NCBI GenBank assembly: GCA_018970885.1
Contig: JAGWVL010000001.1
Location: 2,035-66,034, forward strand
Direction: 5' to 3'
Source: Actinomycetales bacterium
Lineage (GTDB): Bacteria; Actinomycetota; Actinomycetes; Nanopelagicales; Nanopelagicaceae
Length of the DNA stretch: 64,000 nt
Shown: piece after piece, positions 20,217 through 31,781 of the stretch
Layout of the letters: every line of letters starts with the position of its first letter
Position numbering within the stretch: the stretch's first letter is position 1
Notes under the pieces: model-generated
Seen by the model: only the letters and a program-made list of their open reading frames with translations
What the model was told of the DNA's origin: nothing
Database searches by the model: none
Position numbers and translations under genes: made by a program

Positions 20217-20986
20217 GCGTTCTAGCATCAATCATCGAAGGTGTACGTGAGGATCTAGCTGCTAGGCGTCTTCCGATGGCGCAGTTACACGAGGCGCTTG
20301 AAACAGCTCCTGCAGTACGTGACTGTTTACCAAATCTATCAACTGAAGAAATCTCCGTGATTGCTGAGGTGAAGAGATCCTCACCTAGTAAAGGTACCTT
20401 GGCAACAATTGCAGATCCTGCCGGATTAGCAGCCGCCTACGAAGAAGCTGGCGCACATGTTGTTAGCGTTCTTACTGAACAGCGCCGTTTTGGTGGATCA
20501 CTTGCAGATTTGGATGCGGTCAGAAAAACGATAGATCTTCCCATTCTTCGCAAAGATTTTATGGTCGATGAGTATCAATTTTATGAAGCACGTGCACATG
20601 GCGCAGATATTGTTCTTTTGATTGTTGCGGCGTTAAGTAAAAACCAGCTTGAAGATTACTTTCATTTAGCAAAAGAACTTGGGATGAGATCTTTGATTGA
20701 GGTACATACCCATGATGAGTTAGAACGTGCTCTAGCGATCTCTCCCGAGATTATCGGCGTTAATTCCCGTAATTTGAAAACTTTAGATGTAGATGCGCAA
20801 GCATTTGCTGAACTCATTCCACATATTCCAGTAAATATCGCTCGCGTTGCCGAGTCTGGAATCGCTACACGCCAAGAGGTTGTGTTTGCTCAAGAGTGTG
20901 GAGCAACCGCAATTTTGGTGGGTGAAGCCCTTGTTCGCTCGGAATCTCCATCAGTTGCGATCGACCAATTGCTCGGTAGGCTTTAA
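20213..20986 (+). CDS. trpC: Indole-3-glycerol phosphate synthase
   Basis: [35 protein letters not shown]. Confidence 0.98.
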   Translation: MSVLASIIEGVREDLAARRLPMAQLHEALETAPAVRDCLPNLSTEEISVIAEVKRSSPSKGTLATIADPAGLAAAYEEAGAHVVSVLTEQRRFGGSLADLDAVRKTIDLPILRKDFMVDEYQFYEARAHGADIVLLIVAALSKNQLEDYFHLAKELGMRSLIEVHTHDELERALAISPEIIGVNSRNLKTLDVDAQAFAELIPHIPVNIARVAESGIATRQEVVFAQECGATAILVGEALVRSESPSVAIDQLLGRL

Positions 20987-20988
20987 CT

Positions 20989-22170
20989 ATGAGCAGCTCG
21001 GGACACTTCGGAGAGTATGGCGGACGTTACGTACCTGAAGCATTAATTGGAGCTCTCAATGAACTTGAGATAGCACATAACACCGCGCAAAAGGATCCAG
21101 AGTTTTTAGCAGAGCTTGCCCAGCTGCACCGAAAATATACAGGTCGCCCAAGCATCATCACCGAAGCTCAGAGATTTTCTGAACATGCAGGCGGTGCGCG
21201 AATCTTTCTTAAGCGCGAAGATCTCAACCACACCGGTTCGCACAAGATCAACAATGTTTTAGGTCAAGCGCTTCTAACCAAGCGGATGGGTAAGAAGCGA
21301 ATCATCGCCGAAACCGGTGCTGGACAACATGGAGTTGCATCTGCAACAGCAGCTGCGTTAATGGGTCTTGATTGTGTTGTGTACATGGGAGAAGAGGACA
21401 CACGTCGGCAAGCGCTCAACGTTGCACGAATGAAGTTGCTGGGTGCAGAGGTTGTTCCTGTCACTTCAGGTTCACGCACCCTGAAAGATGCAATTAATGA
21501 AGCGATGCGCGATTGGGTTACCAATGTTGCAGATACACATTACTTATTGGGCACCGTTGCTGGCCCACATCCATTCCCAACGATGGTTCGTGATTTCCAT
21601 AAAATAATTGGAGAAGAAGCCCGCGAACAAATGCTTGCCCTAACCGGGAGACTTCCAGATGCGATCTTGGCCTGTGTTGGCGGCGGGTCTAATGCGATCG
21701 GAATCTTTAACGCATTTATTCCAGATCGTCAGGTGCGTTTAATCGGTCTTGAAGCAGGCGGGGATGGGATTGAAACAGGACGTCACGCGGCAACGATTAC
21801 AGGTGGAACTCCGGGTGTACTTCATGGAACACGTTCCTATGTTTTGCAAGATGCAAATGGCCAGACAATCGAATCTCATTCAATCTCTGCCGGTTTAGAT
21901 TACCCAGGTGTGGGACCAGAGCATGCATACCTGCATGACATCGGGCGTGCTGAGTATCGCGCAATCAATGATGATGCAGCTATGGCAGCCTTCTCATTAC
22001 TCAGCAGAACTGAAGGAATTATTCCAGCGATTGAAACTGCACACGCACTAGCTGGTGCAATTCTAGTTGGAAAAGAGCTGGGACCGACAGCTAACTTATT
22101 AATCAATCTTTCTGGTCGCGGAGATAAGGATGTTCAAACCGCCGCCGAATTTTTTGGAATTCCACTGTAA
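20989..22170 (+). CDS. trpB: Tryptophan synthase beta chain
   Basis: [30 protein letters not shown]. Confidence 0.99.
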   Translation: MSSSGHFGEYGGRYVPEALIGALNELEIAHNTAQKDPEFLAELAQLHRKYTGRPSIITEAQRFSEHAGGARIFLKREDLNHTGSHKINNVLGQALLTKRMGKKRIIAETGAGQHGVASATAAALMGLDCVVYMGEEDTRRQALNVARMKLLGAEVVPVTSGSRTLKDAINEAMRDWVTNVADTHYLLGTVAGPHPFPTMVRDFHKIIGEEAREQMLALTGRLPDAILACVGGGSNAIGIFNAFIPDRQVRLIGLEAGGDGIETGRHAATITGGTPGVLHGTRSYVLQDANGQTIESHSISAGLDYPGVGPEHAYLHDIGRAEYRAINDDAAMAAFSLLSRTEGIIPAIETAHALAGAILVGKELGPTANLLINLSGRGDKDVQTAAEFFGIPL

Positions 22171-22970
22171 TGACTCAACTCGAATCAGTCATGGCAAAGG
22201 TCCGTGCAGAAAATCGTGCAGCTTTGATTGCTTATATTCCAGCGGGTTTTCCTTCACAGCATGGTTGTGTTAAGGCAATTCAAGCACTTGTTGCAGCAGG
22301 TGTTGATGCGATCGAAATTGGGTTTCCATATAGCGATCCCGTGATGGATGGAGCTGTTATTCAAGAGGCCGCTGAAATTTCATTGAAAGGTGGAACAAAT
22401 GCTGCCGATGTTTTCGCAGCACTCAAGGTTGCAACAGATACTGGTGTAGCTGCAGTTGTTATGACCTACTGGAATCCGATCGAACGGTATGGAGTAAATG
22501 AGTTTGCGCAATCCATCGCTGATAACGGGGGATCGGGTGTGATTACCCCAGATTTAACAATTGAAGAGTCGGATCGTTGGTTAGCGGCAACTAGCAAGGT
22601 AGGCATCAATCCAATTTATGTAGTTGCGCCAAGTACCAATGATGCTCGCCTTGCTGATGTAACCGCTAAGACTGGTGGCTTTGTGTACGCGGCAAGCTTG
22701 ATGGGGGTTACTGGAACTCGCACCAGCATTTCAAGTGATGCCAGCAACCTGGTATCACGGGTGCGTTCGGTGACCGACCTTCCAATCTCAGTGGGTTTAG
22801 GTGTGTCAACACGTGAGCAGGCTAAATCCCTTGCTGCATACGCAGATGGTGTCATCGTAGGCTCTGCATTTATAAAATTACTTCTTGCGGCAAAAACTGA
22901 ACAAGAAGGGTTGGATGCGATTTCGCATTTGGCTAAGGAACTTGCGTTAGGAGTTCGTGAGGGTCGATGA
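22170..22970 (+). CDS. trpA: Tryptophan synthase alpha chain
   Basis: EIGFPYSDPVMDG, MTYWNP, GVTG, DGVIVGSA. Confidence 0.98.
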   Translation: MTQLESVMAKVRAENRAALIAYIPAGFPSQHGCVKAIQALVAAGVDAIEIGFPYSDPVMDGAVIQEAAEISLKGGTNAADVFAALKVATDTGVAAVVMTYWNPIERYGVNEFAQSIADNGGSGVITPDLTIEESDRWLAATSKVGINPIYVVAPSTNDARLADVTAKTGGFVYAASLMGVTGTRTSISSDASNLVSRVRSVTDLPISVGLGVSTREQAKSLAAYADGVIVGSAFIKLLLAAKTEQEGLDAISHLAKELALGVREGR

Positions 22971-23461
22971 AAAGTTTTCTCGTAAAAAATCAACCATGGA
23001 TCACACTCCTTGGACGTTTATTGCTCGGTGGAGTACTTCTTGTTGCTGGTGGGTTAAAGGTCACTAAGCCCACTGAATCTGCCAACGCAACCGCTGCTTA
23101 CAAAATTTTACCGACTGATTTAGCGCACCTATTTGGCTACGCATTGCCATGGATTGAAGTTGCAGTTGGTATGTTGCTCATTCTTGGAATCATGGTCAGA
23201 TACTCGGCAATCTTTAGTGGAATCATCATGATTGTCTTTATCGCAGCGATCGCGTCGGTGTGGGCTCGTGGCCTCTTAATCGACTGTGGATGCTTCGGTG
23301 GAGGCGGTGAAATCGATCCATCTCTGAAGTCTCAGGTTCATCGCGCCTATTTCACAGAAATCATGCGGGATTTGGGCTTGGCGCTCACCGCGCTTTATCT
23401 ATACCTTTTCCCATACGGAAAACTAAGTTTTGAAAAAGCAGCTCAACCAATCAAGGAGTAA
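22967..23461 (+). CDS. MauE/DoxX family redox-associated membrane protein
   Basis: Several TM helices, LPWIE, IDCGCFG motif. Confidence 0.88.
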   Translation: MKSFLVKNQPWITLLGRLLLGGVLLVAGGLKVTKPTESANATAAYKILPTDLAHLFGYALPWIEVAVGMLLILGIMVRYSAIFSGIIMIVFIAAIASVWARGLLIDCGCFGGGGEIDPSLKSQVHRAYFTEIMRDLGLALTALYLYLFPYGKLSFEKAAQPIKE

Positions 23462-23463
23462 CA

Positions 23464-24171
23464 ATGGCAAAGCAAGCGGCAAAGAGCACAGATAACACAA
23501 CTCGCTGGATCGTTATTGGAATGGTCCTTCTTGTTGTAGTTACCGGAGTAGTTTTCTCACTCTTTAGTCAAAACAGCAAAGAGAGTGCATCCCTTGCAGG
23601 TTTGGATGGAACCACTCTTAAGCCAGCGATTACTTCAACTATTGATACAGCAAATGGCTCACCAATCACATTTGATAATGGTGCGGTCACGGTTATTGAT
23701 GTTTGGGAAGATCCACAATGCCCAGTATGTAAGTTGTTTGAAGATGCTAACGGTGATTACATTGAATCTCTCATTCGTGAGAAGAAGGCAACGGTGCGAT
23801 ATCACGTACTCTCCTTCTTGGGAGATGAATCCGTACGCGCCGCAAATGCCTCCTTCTGTGCAGCAGATGAAGGTCATTACCTCGATTTCCACCATGCTTT
23901 ATATGCAGTCCAGTCACCACTTGAGAACTCAGGTTTCTGGAGCAACGAAACTCTGGTCAATATCGGAAAGAAGATTGGCATTACATCTAAAACCTTTGCA
24001 GATTGCGTGACCAAGGGTTCAAAGGTCGAGATTGTTAAGGCCAACTACGACTCAATGAGCAAGTTTGGTGTTCAGGGAACTCCGACAGTGTTCATCAATG
24101 GAAAGAAGTGGGAACGCACTCAAAACGAGTTCTCACTTGAAGAGTTCAAAGCCGCGGTTGAGGCTGCCTAA
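23464..24171 (+). CDS. Membrane-anchored DsbA-family thiol-disulfide oxidoreductase
   Basis: N-terminal TM helix, EDPQCPVC active site, GTPT cis-Pro loop. Confidence 0.92.
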   Translation: MAKQAAKSTDNTTRWIVIGMVLLVVVTGVVFSLFSQNSKESASLAGLDGTTLKPAITSTIDTANGSPITFDNGAVTVIDVWEDPQCPVCKLFEDANGDYIESLIREKKATVRYHVLSFLGDESVRAANASFCAADEGHYLDFHHALYAVQSPLENSGFWSNETLVNIGKKIGITSKTFADCVTKGSKVEIVKANYDSMSKFGVQGTPTVFINGKKWERTQNEFSLEEFKAAVEAA

Positions 24172-24174
24172 ACT

Positions 24175-24981
24175 TTGAGTCGCGCTTTTCCAACTCCAGC
24201 ACAATCCTTGCTGGAGCTTGGTCCATTAACAATTCACTATTACGCGCTGTGCATTATTACCGGCATTGCAATAGCGATTTGGTTAGGTGGAAAGCGTTTT
24301 CAGTACAAAACCATACAGGGTCAATCTGTTGTATCAGAGGTAGCAATAGTTGCAGTGCCATCTGGAATTATCGGTGGACGTATCTACCATGTGATCTCTT
24401 CACCTAATGCTTACTTTGGTACTGGAGGCCAACCTGTTGATGCATTCAAAATTTGGGAGGGTGGCTTAGGTATCTGGGGTGCAATATCGATTGGATTGTT
24501 AGGCGCATACCTTCGCTATAGAACTCTTGCTCGAAAAATTGAACTTCCATCTTTTGCAGTTTTTGCCGATGCGCTAGCTCCGGGAATCTTGTTTGCTCAA
24601 GCAATCGGACGATTTGGCAACTGGTTTAATGGCGAACTCTTCGGAAAGCCTCTGGATTCCTGGTGGGCCGTTGAGATCCCGATGCGATATCGCCCCAACG
24701 GCTTTACTCAATTTGATTCTTTTCATCCGACATTTTTATATGAAGCGATCTGGTGTTCTCTGATTGCGGTAATCATTATTAAGTTTGGAGAGCGATTGAA
24801 AGCGGGACAAAGCTTCGCACTTTATGTCGCTACCTACTGCCTAGGACGTTTTTTCATTGAGTTGATTCGCATCGATACCGCCAACACAATCGCAGGTTTG
24901 CGGGTAAATGTCTGGGTCAGCCTGCTCGTTGGGGTAGGTGCTGCGTTGTATTTCACTCGCGCCTCTAAAAATTCGGCATAA
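24175..24981 (+). CDS. lgt: Prolipoprotein diacylglyceryl transferase
   Basis: GGRIYHV, IWEGGLGIWG, QAIGRFGNWFN, HPTFLYE. Confidence 0.97.
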   Translation: MSRAFPTPAQSLLELGPLTIHYYALCIITGIAIAIWLGGKRFQYKTIQGQSVVSEVAIVAVPSGIIGGRIYHVISSPNAYFGTGGQPVDAFKIWEGGLGIWGAISIGLLGAYLRYRTLARKIELPSFAVFADALAPGILFAQAIGRFGNWFNGELFGKPLDSWWAVEIPMRYRPNGFTQFDSFHPTFLYEAIWCSLIAVIIIKFGERLKAGQSFALYVATYCLGRFFIELIRIDTANTIAGLRVNVWVSLLVGVGAALYFTRASKNSA

Positions 24982-25002
24982 TCCTCGGGTAGGCTTCTAA
25001 CT

Positions 25003-25710
25003 ATGAGTTTGGAAGAGGTCTACCAGAGAAATCTAGAGCATCGCTCCCACCGCGCAGGATGGCTTCGTGCCGCAGTCCTTGGTGCAAATGATGGTCTCGT
25101 TTCAACGGCGGCTTTAATGATTGGTGTCGCAGCGGCCGGAAAACAGGATTTTCTTATCACTGCAGGCATTGCCGGAATCACCGCGGGTGCAATGTCAATG
25201 GCTGTTGGTGAGTACATCTCAGTTCGTTCCCAAAATGATATTGAAGAGTCAGATCGTTTAATTGAAATCGCTCACCTTGCAGCAGATCCCGAAGCGGAGC
25301 TGCAGGAGCTCCAGCAGATTTACATAGAGCGTGGTTTAACACCAGCACTTGCCTTGCAGGTTGCACTTGAAATGCATCGCAAAGATCCACTCGAAGCCCA
25401 TCTTCGCGACGAGCTTGGTCAGCATCCCAATACAAAGGCTCGTCCAGTTCAGGCAGCGGTTGCATCAGCGATCTCATTCACCATGGGCGGTTTGATTCCA
25501 TTTGCAGGAGCCTTTGCTCCAACCCTTGGCACTAAAGCATGGAGCATCGTTGGCTTTACCCTTGGGGGATTGGTAATTACAGGCCTCGTGTCAGCGCGAA
25601 CCGCCGGCTCAAAACTGCTCTCGCCAACTCTGCGTGTACTCATTGGGGGCACACTTGGTATGGCGATTACCGCAGGAATTGGAAAGATTGCACATATCTC
25701 AGGGCTCTAA
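25003..25710 (+). CDS. VIT1/CCC1 family Fe/Mn transporter
   Basis: WLRAAVLGANDGLVS, SMAVGEYISV. Confidence 0.94.
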   Translation: MSLEEVYQRNLEHRSHRAGWLRAAVLGANDGLVSTAALMIGVAAAGKQDFLITAGIAGITAGAMSMAVGEYISVRSQNDIEESDRLIEIAHLAADPEAELQELQQIYIERGLTPALALQVALEMHRKDPLEAHLRDELGQHPNTKARPVQAAVASAISFTMGGLIPFAGAFAPTLGTKAWSIVGFTLGGLVITGLVSARTAGSKLLSPTLRVLIGGTLGMAITAGIGKIAHISGL

Positions 25711-25723
25711 GTTGCCCTCTTAT

Positions 25724-25807
25724 TGCTACGATTTCGCCCTAAGCAGTGAGCATCACGGGCCAAGGATGTCCCTTTTCATGTAAGGACAAATCCGTAGGAG
25801 CGCGTCC
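25724..25807 (+). promoter_or_regulatory. Extended -10 (TGcTACGAT) and structured 5' leader of gltBD
   Basis: -10 at 25727-25732, stem 25764-25793, SD AGGAG 25796-25800. Confidence 0.5.
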
Positions 25808-28800
25808 ATGGCACTTGCATCTAATTATCCACAAGCACAGGGACTCTACGACCCTGCCGCCGAACATGATGCTTGTGGCGTTGCAATGGTTGCCACACTT
25901 AACAAGGTTGCAACTCATCACATTGTTTCTCAAGCGCTTACCGCGTTACGCAACATGGAACACCGTGGAGCATCAGGTGCTGAACCAGATAGCGGTGATG
26001 GCGCTGGAATCCTTATTCGTATTCCGGATGCATACTTTCAAGCGGTGGTTGATTTTAAACTTCCAGCTGCAGATGCCTATGCAACGGGTATTGCATTTAT
26101 CGCTAAGGGTGCAGAGGTAAAGGATGAGATCGAAAAGTTAGCAGATGAAGAAGGTCTAGTCGTCCTAGGGTGGCGCGAAGTACCGATCAACCCATCATCA
26201 CTTGGAAAGACCGCTGTGTCGGTTATGCCAGATTTCCACCAACTATTTATTGCTGGCAAAAAGGGTGAGACCGGAATTGCATTAGATCGCTTAGCTTTTT
26301 GTCTGCGCAAGCGGGCTGAGCATGGATTAGATCTTTACTTCCCTTCATTGTCCGCTCAGACAATTGTGTACAAGGGAATGCTCACGACAGGTCAGTTAGA
26401 AGAGTTTTTCCCAGAGCTTTCAGATGAGCGGGTGGTTTCACCACTTGCACTGGTTCACTCACGTTTTTCTACAAATACCTTTCCTTCTTGGCCACTTGCT
26501 CATCCATACCGATTTATTGCACACAACGGAGAAATTAATACCGTTAAGGGAAATCGCAATTGGATGCGCGCTCGCGAATCCCTATTGCAAAGCGATCTAA
26601 TCCCTGGAGACCTAAAGCGTTTATTCCCAATAGTTGAAATGTCAGGCTCTGACTCTGCCTCATTTGATGAAGTCTTGGAACTTTTGTACTTAGGTGGACG
26701 TTCACTGCCACACGCTGTGCTGATGATGATTCCAGAAGCATGGGAGAACCATGCAACGATGCCGCAGAACCGTCGCGATTTTTACGCCTTCCATGCATCG
26801 ATGATGGAGCCTTGGGATGGTCCTGCCTGTGTAACTTTCACAGATGGCCATCAAGTAGGTGCGGTACTTGATCGCAATGGTTTACGTCCATCTCGTTACT
26901 GGGTGACAAAAGATGGAATGGTTGTTCTTGCTTCTGAGGTTGGTGTTCTAGATATTCCAGCTGAAAATGTTGAGCGCAAGGGTCGTTTACAACCAGGCAA
27001 GATGTTCTTGGTTGATATTGAACAAGGTCGCATTATTGAAGATGATGAGATTAAGGATGGTTTAGCCAACGCTGCCCCCTATGGAGATTGGTTACATGCA
27101 GGCATCATTAAGTTGAGCGAACTTCCTGCACGCGAACACATTGTGTATCCGCACTCATCTGTTGTTCGCCGTCAACGCGCATTTGGTTACACCGAAGAGG
27201 ATCTACGCATTTTGGTAACTCCGATGGCAAAAAACGGCATGGAGCCACTTGGTTCGATGGGAACAGATACTCCTATCGCCGCCCTTTCCGACAAACCACG
27301 TTTAATCTTTGATTACTTCTCACAACTATTTGCACAAGTTACTAATCCACCACTTGATGCGATTCGCGAAGAGTTAGTAACAAGTCTTGGAACCTCTATG
27401 GGACCTGAGCACAATCTGCTCGATCCAGGTCCAAGTAGCTGTCGACAGATTTCATTGGCATTCCCAGTAATTGATAATGATGAGCTTGCAAAGATCATTC
27501 ACGTCAACGCAGATGGAGATCATCCAGGTTTGAGCGCCTATGTAGTGCGTGGATTATTTAGCATCGCTGATGGAGGAGACTCATTACGTACGCGACTCGA
27601 TGAGATCAAAGCTGAAGTTTCACAGGCAATTAATGATGGTGCTCGCATCATAGTTTTATCTGACCGCGATGGAGATGCAGAGAACGCGCCAATTCCTTCA
27701 CTGCTTCTGACATCTGCAGTTCACCACCACTTGATCCGTGAAAAGAGCCGCACAAAGGTCGGATTAGTAGTTGAAGCCGGAGATGTTCGCGAGGTTCACC
27801 ATGTCGCACTCTTAATTGGCTATGGCGCAGCATGTGTGAATCCATACCTTGCGATGGAAACGGCAGAGGATTTAGTACTTCAAGGTGTCATTACAGGAAT
27901 CACACCTGAAAAGGCGGTCAAGAATTTAATCAAGAGCCTCGGCAAAGGAGTTCTTAAGGTGATGTCCAAGATGGGCATCAGCACCATTGCTTCATATACA
28001 GGTGCACAAGTTTTTGAAGCTATCGGACTTTCTCAAGAGGTTGTCGATGAATACTTTGTTGGAACAACATCTCGTCTTGGTGGAGTATCACTCGATGTAA
28101 TCGCCCAAGAAACAATCGCCCGTCACCACATCGCCTATCCACCTGGAGGAGAAGTTCCAGGAACAAAGCGACTTCCAATCGGCGGTGAGTACCAATGGCG
28201 TCGCGAAGGTGAGCCTCACTTATTTGATCCAGAGACTGTATTTACCTTGCAGCATTCAACACGCAACAAGCGTTACGATGTTTTCAAGCGCTATACAGAT
28301 CGTGTCAACGAACAGAGCAAGCGTCTGATGACCTTGCGTGGATTATTTCAATTCAAAGATGGCATAAACCCCCCGATTTCAGTTGATGAAGTTGAACCAA
28401 TTAGCGAAATTATTAAGCGCTTCTCAACTGGTGCAATGTCTTATGGCTCAATTTCAGCAGAGGCTCATGAAACTCTTGCAATTGCCATGAACCGTATTGG
28501 TGGAAAATCCAATACAGGTGAGGGTGGAGAAGAACAAGAGCGTTTTATTCCAATGGCCAATGGTGATTCAAAGCGATCAGCGATCAAGCAGGTTGCATCA
28601 GGTCGTTTTGGTGTTACAAGTAATTACTTAGTTAACAGCGATGACATTCAGATCAAGATCGCACAAGGCGCAAAGCCTGGTGAAGGTGGACAGTTACCTG
28701 GAAACAAGGTGTATCCATGGATTGCAAAGGCACGTTACTCAACACCTGGTGTTGGTTTGATTTCGCCTCCTCCACACCACGACATTTACTCGATTGAAGA

Positions 28801-30325
28801 TCTTGCTCAGCTGATTCACGATCTAAAGAATGCAAATAAGAATGCACGTGTACATGTCAAGCTAGTGGCAGAGGTTGGAGTTGGAACTGTTGCTGCAGGT
28901 GTTTCTAAGGCACATGCTGATGTTGTTTTGATCTCAGGCCATGATGGTGGAACAGGTGCATCACCGCTGACATCACTCAAGCATGCAGGTGCTCCTTGGG
29001 AGCTTGGTTTAGCTGAAACACAGCAAACATTGTTGCTCAATGGCTTACGTGATCGCATCGTCGTGCAAGCAGATGGTCAGTTAAAGACGGGTCGTGATGT
29101 TGTTATCGCAGCGCTACTTGGAGCAGAAGAGTACGGTTTTGCAACCGCACCACTTGTTGTTTCTGGTTGCATCATGATGCGTGTGTGCCACTTGGATACT
29201 TGTCCAGTAGGCGTTGCTACACAAAACCCAGAACTTCGTAAGAAGTTCAGCGGTAAACCAGAATTCGTCGAAACTTTCTTTGAGTACATCGCTGAAGAGG
29301 TCCGCGAAATCTTGGCTCAACTTGGTTTCCGCACACTTCAAGATGCGATTGGTCATGTTGAATATCTTGATACTCGCAAGGCGGTTGAACATTGGAAGGC
29401 GGCAGGATTAAACCTTGAGCCTTTGTTGGTACGTCCAGATGTTGATAGTGCGCTGCACAACACGGTTAAGCAAGATCATGGATTAGCTGCAGCGTTGGAC
29501 AACACCTTGATTGAACTAGCCCAACCCGCACTTACAAAGGGTGAAGCAGTAAGGATCGATTTACCTGTACGAAATGTAAACCGCACCGTTGGAACTATGT
29601 TAGGTGCAGAGGTCACACGAAATTATGGTTCAGAAGGATTACCTGCTGGAACAATTGATGTCACCTTACACGGATCAGCGGGTCAATCACTTGGTGCATT
29701 TATTCCCCGTGGTGTTGCGATCCGACTATATGGAGACTCCAATGATTATGTTGGCAAAGGAATTTCAGGGGGACGAGTAGTTGTTCGACCTGATGTAAAG
29801 GCAACTTTCCGATCACAAGATAATGTGATCGCTGGAAACGTCATCGGTTACGGTGCAACAGCAGGTGAAATCTTTATTCGTGGTGTTGTTGGAGAGCGCT
29901 TCTGTGTTCGTAACTCTGGCGCTTTAGCAATTGTTGAAGGTATCGGAGACCACGGTTGCGAATATATGACTGGCGGAACAGTTGTAGTTCTTGGTCGAAC
30001 TGGTCGTAACATCGCAGCAGGTATGTCTGGTGGACGTGCCTATGTTCTCGATTTAGATGCTGCAAATGTCAACACAGACATGGTTGATGTTCTTGCGGTC
30101 CCTGCTGATCAAAAAGATGTGCTGAAGGATCACATCTCTAAGTACTTCGCCGAAACTGGATCAGAGATTGCCCATGAGCTTTTGAAAGATTGGGATAAGG
30201 GTGTTGCTCGAATTTCATTAATCATGCCACGTGACTATGCACGTGTACTGGCCGCCATGGAGCGCGCAGAACGTGAAGGTCTACCAGCCGATACCTTAGT
30301 AATGGAGGTTGCTGCAAATGGCTGA
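25808..30325 (+). CDS. gltB: Glutamate synthase large subunit
   Basis: EHDACG propeptide/Ntn Cys, [24 protein letters not shown] 3Fe-4S motif. Confidence 0.99.
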   Translation: MALASNYPQAQGLYDPAAEHDACGVAMVATLNKVATHHIVSQALTALRNMEHRGASGAEPDSGDGAGILIRIPDAYFQAVVDFKLPAADAYATGIAFIAKGAEVKDEIEKLADEEGLVVLGWREVPINPSSLGKTAVSVMPDFHQLFIAGKKGETGIALDRLAFCLRKRAEHGLDLYFPSLSAQTIVYKGMLTTGQLEEFFPELSDERVVSPLALVHSRFSTNTFPSWPLAHPYRFIAHNGEINTVKGNRNWMRARESLLQSDLIPGDLKRLFPIVEMSGSDSASFDEVLELLYLGGRSLPHAVLMMIPEAWENHATMPQNRRDFYAFHASMMEPWDGPACVTFTDGHQVGAVLDRNGLRPSRYWVTKDGMVVLASEVGVLDIPAENVERKGRLQPGKMFLVDIEQGRIIEDDEIKDGLANAAPYGDWLHAGIIKLSELPAREHIVYPHSSVVRRQRAFGYTEEDLRILVTPMAKNGMEPLGSMGTDTPIAALSDKPRLIFDYFSQLFAQVTNPPLDAIREELVTSLGTSMGPEHNLLDPGPSSCRQISLAFPVIDNDELAKIIHVNADGDHPGLSAYVVRGLFSIADGGDSLRTRLDEIKAEVSQAINDGARIIVLSDRDGDAENAPIPSLLLTSAVHHHLIREKSRTKVGLVVEAGDVREVHHVALLIGYGAACVNPYLAMETAEDLVLQGVITGITPEKAVKNLIKSLGKGVLKVMSKMGISTIASYTGAQVFEAIGLSQEVVDEYFVGTTSRLGGVSLDVIAQETIARHHIAYPPGGEVPGTKRLPIGGEYQWRREGEPHLFDPETVFTLQHSTRNKRYDVFKRYTDRVNEQSKRLMTLRGLFQFKDGINPPISVDEVEPISEIIKRFSTGAMSYGSISAEAHETLAIAMNRIGGKSNTGEGGEEQERFIPMANGDSKRSAIKQVASGRFGVTSNYLVNSDDIQIKIAQGAKPGEGGQLPGNKVYPWIAKARYSTPGVGLISPPPHHDIYSIEDLAQLIHDLKNANKNARVHVKLVAEVGVGTVAAGVSKAHADVVLISGHDGGTGASPLTSLKHAGAPWELGLAETQQTLLLNGLRDRIVVQADGQLKTGRDVVIAALLGAEEYGFATAPLVVSGCIMMRVCHLDTCPVGVATQNPELRKKFSGKPEFVETFFEYIAEEVREILAQLGFRTLQDAIGHVEYLDTRKAVEHWKAAGLNLEPLLVRPDVDSALHNTVKQDHGLAAALDNTLIELAQPALTKGEAVRIDLPVRNVNRTVGTMLGAEVTRNYGSEGLPAGTIDVTLHGSAGQSLGAFIPRGVAIRLYGDSNDYVGKGISGGRVVVRPDVKATFRSQDNVIAGNVIGYGATAGEIFIRGVVGERFCVRNSGALAIVEGIGDHGCEYMTGGTVVVLGRTGRNIAAGMSGGRAYVLDLDAANVNTDMVDVLAVPADQKDVLKDHISKYFAETGSEIAHELLKDWDKGVARISLIMPRDYARVLAAMERAEREGLPADTLVMEVAANG

Positions 30326-31772
30326 TCCAAAGGGTTTTATGACAACTCCACGCGAAACTCCTAAGCGTCGACCGGTTGATGTTCGTATCAAGGATTGGCG
30401 CGAAGTGTATGAGCCTCAGAGTTTTGAGCATCTGCAAAAGCAAGCAGGACGTTGCATGGATTGCGGTATTCCTTTTTGTCATAATGGTTGCCCACTCGGA
30501 AATCTAATTCCTGAATGGAATGATTTGATCTACCGTGGCGATAAGGATGAGGCTATCGATCGCCTACATGCAACCAACAACTTTCCAGAGTTCACAGGTC
30601 GTCTCTGTCCTGCACCATGTGAAACAGCATGCGTAGTAGGCATCAACCGCGACGCAGTAACAATTAAGCAGATCGAACTTCGCACTATTGAAGAGGCATT
30701 TGGCGCTGGAAATGTGACGCCAATGGCACCAGATCGCCTCACCGGTAAGACAGTTGCTGTCATTGGTTCAGGTCCAGCAGGACTGGCTGCGGCACAACAG
30801 TTAACTCGCGCAGGTCACACAGTTGTTGTGTACGAGCGTGCTGACAAGATTGGTGGATTGCTTCGTTACGGAATTCCAGAGTTCAAAATGGAAAAGCACA
30901 TCCTTGATCGCCGCTTGGATCAGATGGAGAAAGAGGGAACACGTTTTCGTCCAGGCGTAGATGTTGGTACCGAACTCACTGGATCTGATCTTCGTAAAAA
31001 ATATGATGCAATCGTATTAGCTGTTGGTTCGACCCAATGGCGAGACCTTTCTATTAAAGGTCGTGATAACAAGGGTATCTATCAGGCGATGGAGTTCTTG
31101 CCATGGGGCAACAAGCAAGCGTTAGGTGAAGTTGAAAACCCACCTATTAATGTGGCTGGTAAGCATGTTGTCATTATTGGTGGTGGTGATACAGGTGCTG
31201 ACTGTTTGGGTACCTCTATCCGTCAAGGTGCAGCAAGTGTTACTCAACTTGAGATCATGCCTCGTCCAAGTGATGAACGTCCATCATCTCAGCCATGGCC
31301 GACATACCCAATGATTTATCGTGTCTCCAGTGCACATGAAGAAAAAGACAACCGTCTCTTTTCAGTTAGCACCGAAGAGTTCTTAGGAGATGGCAAAGGA
31401 AATCTGCGTGCCATCAAAATTGTAGAAACAGAGTTTGTAAATGGAAAGTTTGAAAGAGTTGCAGGATCCGAAAAGGAGATTCCTTGTGACTTTGTTTTCA
31501 TGGCGATGGGCTTTACTGGTCCAGAAAAATCATCATTGATTTCACAATTAGAGGTCCAGCTTGATGACCGTGGAAATATTAAGCGCGATGAAAACTTTCA
31601 AACAACAGAGGAGGGAATCTTTGTTGCAGGTGATGCTGGACGCGGTCAATCCTTGATCGTATGGGCAATAGCTGAAGGAAGAAGTGCAGCAGCAGCAGTT
31701 GATAGATTTCTCACTGGCCGCACCCAACTTCCTGCACCGATTGCGCCAACTGACCGTCCACTCATGGTTTAA
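30318..31772 (+). CDS. gltD: Glutamate synthase small subunit
   Basis: MADPKGF start, [22 protein letters not shown]. Confidence 0.98.
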   Translation: MADPKGFMTTPRETPKRRPVDVRIKDWREVYEPQSFEHLQKQAGRCMDCGIPFCHNGCPLGNLIPEWNDLIYRGDKDEAIDRLHATNNFPEFTGRLCPAPCETACVVGINRDAVTIKQIELRTIEEAFGAGNVTPMAPDRLTGKTVAVIGSGPAGLAAAQQLTRAGHTVVVYERADKIGGLLRYGIPEFKMEKHILDRRLDQMEKEGTRFRPGVDVGTELTGSDLRKKYDAIVLAVGSTQWRDLSIKGRDNKGIYQAMEFLPWGNKQALGEVENPPINVAGKHVVIIGGGDTGADCLGTSIRQGAASVTQLEIMPRPSDERPSSQPWPTYPMIYRVSSAHEEKDNRLFSVSTEEFLGDGKGNLRAIKIVETEFVNGKFERVAGSEKEIPCDFVFMAMGFTGPEKSSLISQLEVQLDDRGNIKRDENFQTTEEGIFVAGDAGRGQSLIVWAIAEGRSAAAAVDRFLTGRTQLPAPIAPTDRPLMV

Positions 31773-31781
31773 GGTAGTCAC

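Noticed and set aside
18562-22970. Absence of trpG, trpD and trpF from the trp cluster
   Set aside because: Usual in Actinobacteria: trpG and trpD lie elsewhere and PriA supplies TrpF activity.
25746-26120. 124-aa alternative-frame ORF over the gltB start
   Set aside because: No SD and no recognisable motifs; it overlaps a conserved gene.
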